A stretch of 64,000 nt of DNA. Origin: the human T2T-CHM13v2.0 reference genome, Homo sapiens. Under the pieces are notes generated by a model, which saw only the letters and a list, made by a program, of their open reading frames with translations, was not told where the DNA came from and did no database searches. Of this stretch, positions 61,051 through 64,000 are shown in pieces. Each line of letters opens with the position of its first letter. Position 1 is the stretch's first letter. Both the position numbers and the translations under genes were made by a program. The stretch lies in assembly GCF_009914755.1 (NCBI RefSeq), contig NC_060932.1; one strand, 5' to 3'.

Positions 61051-62119
61051 GAATTCGGAAAGAATTTAAAGTAGTCTTTATAATTTAAAAAAGGTCTGGA
61101 GTTCTTAAAATTTTGAAAATATGTGCTCTGTGAAGTTCTTGTACCTAGAGCAAGAGTCACATGGGGATATTGCTACTTAAATTTTGAATCATTTTAATCA
61201 TTGGTGTTATCATTCATATGCTTAAAAATATTTAATAAAATTAATCTTTAGCTCTGTCCCTCTCCCACAAAAGGAAGCCTCCAAGCTCTATAGAAAGTAT
61301 TTCTATGTTAAATGCACACATTTCTTATAAGCCTATATAAATCTCTAAATGTGTTGGGAACTTTATTTCTCTTTCTGATATTCTACCATGGGCCCCCAAA
61401 TTGGATATATATTTTTTTCTTTGTGTGAAGACATTATATCCCCAACAGTCCTATTTACCATAATTAATATCTTTAAAAAGCTGTATTTAATGCTGAAAAA
61501 TTTAAACCTTGGATCTAAAAGTATTTTTCAGAAATTATTTGCTTCTTTATAAATGCCCAAAGACAGGAATTTGTCATTGATAATGAGAACAAGGAGAGGA
61601 CTATAATAATGGATATTTTGGAAAGGATAGCTTTGGGTGAAGTGTTGATATAGCTGAGGTGAAACCAAGGGAGATATTAGCTTAGCTTGAGTGCTAAGTA
61701 GGAGAAGAAAGTGAAACTGTGGTAAAGTATCATTTTCAGACCCAAAAGAGAAAGGCTCCTGCCCTGGGTTCCATGCATTACAGGGTTACCTGCTTTGGTC
61801 CTACTGCGGCCAAACTGTCCCTTGGGACAAGGCATCCACAGGTCAAGAAAATGATTACTCTCTAACTCTGCGTAGCTTTCTTTATGTCTGTCTTCCTGAG
61901 AGGACTTCCTTAGGCCCAATATGAGTGGCCAAGGAGTTGATCTTCGTGAAAGGTGTGAATAGAGCATATATGAAGTGCATATAGGAAGTGCATATAGGAA
62001 GTTTTGCAAACCTGTCCATAAGGTACCTCATGGTATGGAATAGATAGATCCGAATGAGAAGACAATAGGAGGCAGTTGGCTCCACCATCTGGCATAGAGT
62101 CTGACCCTTCAGGTTATTT

Positions 62120-62318
62120 TTATTTTATTTATTTATTTATACAATTTATTTATTTATATAATTTATTTATTCATTTATTTATTTTTGAGACAGTGTCTCA
62201 CTCTGTCACTCTGTCGCCCAGACTGGAGTGCAGTGGCGCGATCTTGACTCACTGCAACCGTCTGCCAGGCTCAAGCGATTCTTCTGCCTCGGCCAGGCAT
62301 GCACCACTACCGCCCAGC

Positions 62319-62349
<31 letters not shown>

Positions 62350-62476
62350 GTATTTTTAGTAGAGACAGGGTTTCACCATGTTGGCCAGGCTGGTCTTGAA
62401 CTTCTGACTTCAAATGATCCATCCGCCTTGGGCTCTCAAAGTGCTGAGATTACAGGTGTAAGCCACCACATTCGTC
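62120..62476 (-). mobile_element. AluS with internal deletion and expanded T linker
   Basis: TSD CCCTTCAGGTTATTTT; the right arm lacks about TCCCGAGTAGCTGGGATTA. Confidence 0.9.
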
Positions 62477-62947
62477 CCCTTCAGGTTATTTTGAAGTTAT
62501 TTTAACAAAGTAAATTTAGAGAACATATTTGATGTAACAGATTGGTAGCTGGATGCGTAACTTCAATGTTTAGATATATTGAGCATGGGCTTTTTTTTTT
62601 TTTCTTAATCTCTTACCTTGCATCCTAAAATGTTAGAGGCAGATATATGGGGAAAACAAAAAACACACTTTTTTTACTATACAATTTGTTTCTGTATGCT
62701 TTCACTGTAGTCACCTTCAAGCCAGAGAGTATAATTAGAATAATGAAATCAGGAAAAACTGCTAGAACGAGAAAGTTGAAACTGAAGGAGACCTTAGATT
62801 CTTTGCCTCTAATCTTAAAGGGTGAGACAACTGAGGGCATGAGTTTTGTCTCAAATCATCCAGAAAGGTAGTGGCAGAGCCAAGATAAAAACCTAGGTAT
62901 ATATGCAGCTTTATTTTTCTCTTTGCAATTAAAAAAAATAATGTGTT

Positions 62948-63247
62948 GGCCAGGCGCGGTTGTTCATGCCTGTAATCCCAGCACTTTGGGAGGCCAAGAC
63001 GGGCGGACCATGAGGTCAGGAGTTTGAGACCAGCCTGGCCAACATGGTGAAACCCTGTCTCTACTGAAAATGCAAAAATTAGCCAGGCATGGTGGCGCAT
63101 GCCTGTAATCCCAGCTACTTAGGTAGCTGAGGCAGGAAATCGCTTGAAACCAGAAAGCGGAGGTTTCAGTGAGCTGAGATCATACCACTGCACTCCAGCC
63201 TGGGCAACAAGAGTGACACTCCATCTCAAAAAAAAAAAAAAAAAAAA
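62948..63247 (+). mobile_element. AluSg-like
   Basis: GGCCAGGCGCGG start, GGACCATGAGGTCAGGAGTTTGAGACCAGCC, poly-A tail. Confidence 0.93.
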
Positions 63248-63519
63248 GTGTTTATTTTATATAAGAAGATTTTTTTTAATTGCAAATGACTCCTCCTTAG
63301 GTCTTATCAAACGTTCAAAATATCAAAATCATGTCAGTGCATGTTGTAAAGTTTAGACTAACTGGCTTGTTTTTCATTTGCATCTTTAATTTTGTAAATG
63401 ACCAATGTTATTTCCAATGATTCAGTGGCTGAGTTTTTTAAGGACTGTTAAGTGGTCAGATATTTTATTAATGTTTATAGAAAATACACTACAAAATTAA
63501 ACTTCTGATTTTTAAAATG

Positions 63520-63597
63520 TAGTTGTTTACATAAATTTAGTTGTCTACATAAATTTAGTTGTTTACATAAATTTAAAATTTAGTTGTTTACATAAAT
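63520..63597. repeat. 18-bp minisatellite, 4 copies
   Basis: Unit TAGTTGTTTACATAAATT; one copy has TGTCTAC, and there is a short spacer before the last copy. Confidence 0.9.
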
Positions 63598-64000
63598 ATT
63601 GGAAATTCTAAGAATACATGAAAATGTGAACAACTAAAAACTGTGAGACCTTATTTGGTAAATAATATGCATATTCCAAATGTGGGAAAATAATATAGAC
63701 CAAATAAGAAAGTTTAATAAATGAATTAAATCTGTGCTAATGTGTTATACTGGTTTTAAAATTGATTTAATAGCATTGTTTCAAATTAAAAAAAAAACTT
63801 CAGTACACATAATTTGCAGTACGAATATCTAGATGAAGTTATTACTGTGTGTGTCTTAACATTTTACAATTCTACTTTGGGTATCGTATTACATATAATA
63901 GAAATAAAGGACTAAAAATTACTACCCAGAAAGTGTTTGTTTATTTTCAGTGCAAATATCTCCTAACTATGTAACCTATATCTGATTATCTCATTCAATT

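Noticed and set aside
61677-62095. GC-richer island with three overlapping minus-strand ORFs and a 13-bp tandem (GAAGTGCATATAG)
   Set aside because: No recognisable domain or exon structure. It is possibly an ancient repeat fragment that I cannot name.

Overview
AT-rich, gene-poor primate (human-like) genomic DNA. I found no credible protein-coding gene: the listed ORFs are Alu, L1 or satellite read-throughs, or random AT-rich ORFs. The flanks (1-24.8 kb and 41.1-64 kb) are a mosaic of Alu, L1, L2, L3/CR1, MIR, solo LTRs and hAT elements. The dominant feature is a ~15 kb SATR1/SATR2-type satellite (25896-40954) built from ~70-bp monomers, each with a ~36-bp palindrome. The array is fused to an L1PA 3' end, and both sit inside one THE1 solo LTR whose halves and GGTGT target-site duplication (TSD) are now 16 kb apart. 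The array also has a ~5.2 kb internal inversion with a fold-back junction, a diverged ~2 kb higher-order duplication, and ends that break at the same monomer phase. Outside it there are four independent short templated duplications of nearby sequence, including a 169-bp near-perfect inverted repeat. Repeat subfamily names come from my recall of consensus motifs, not from a database search, and percent identities are by eye unless mismatches are counted.
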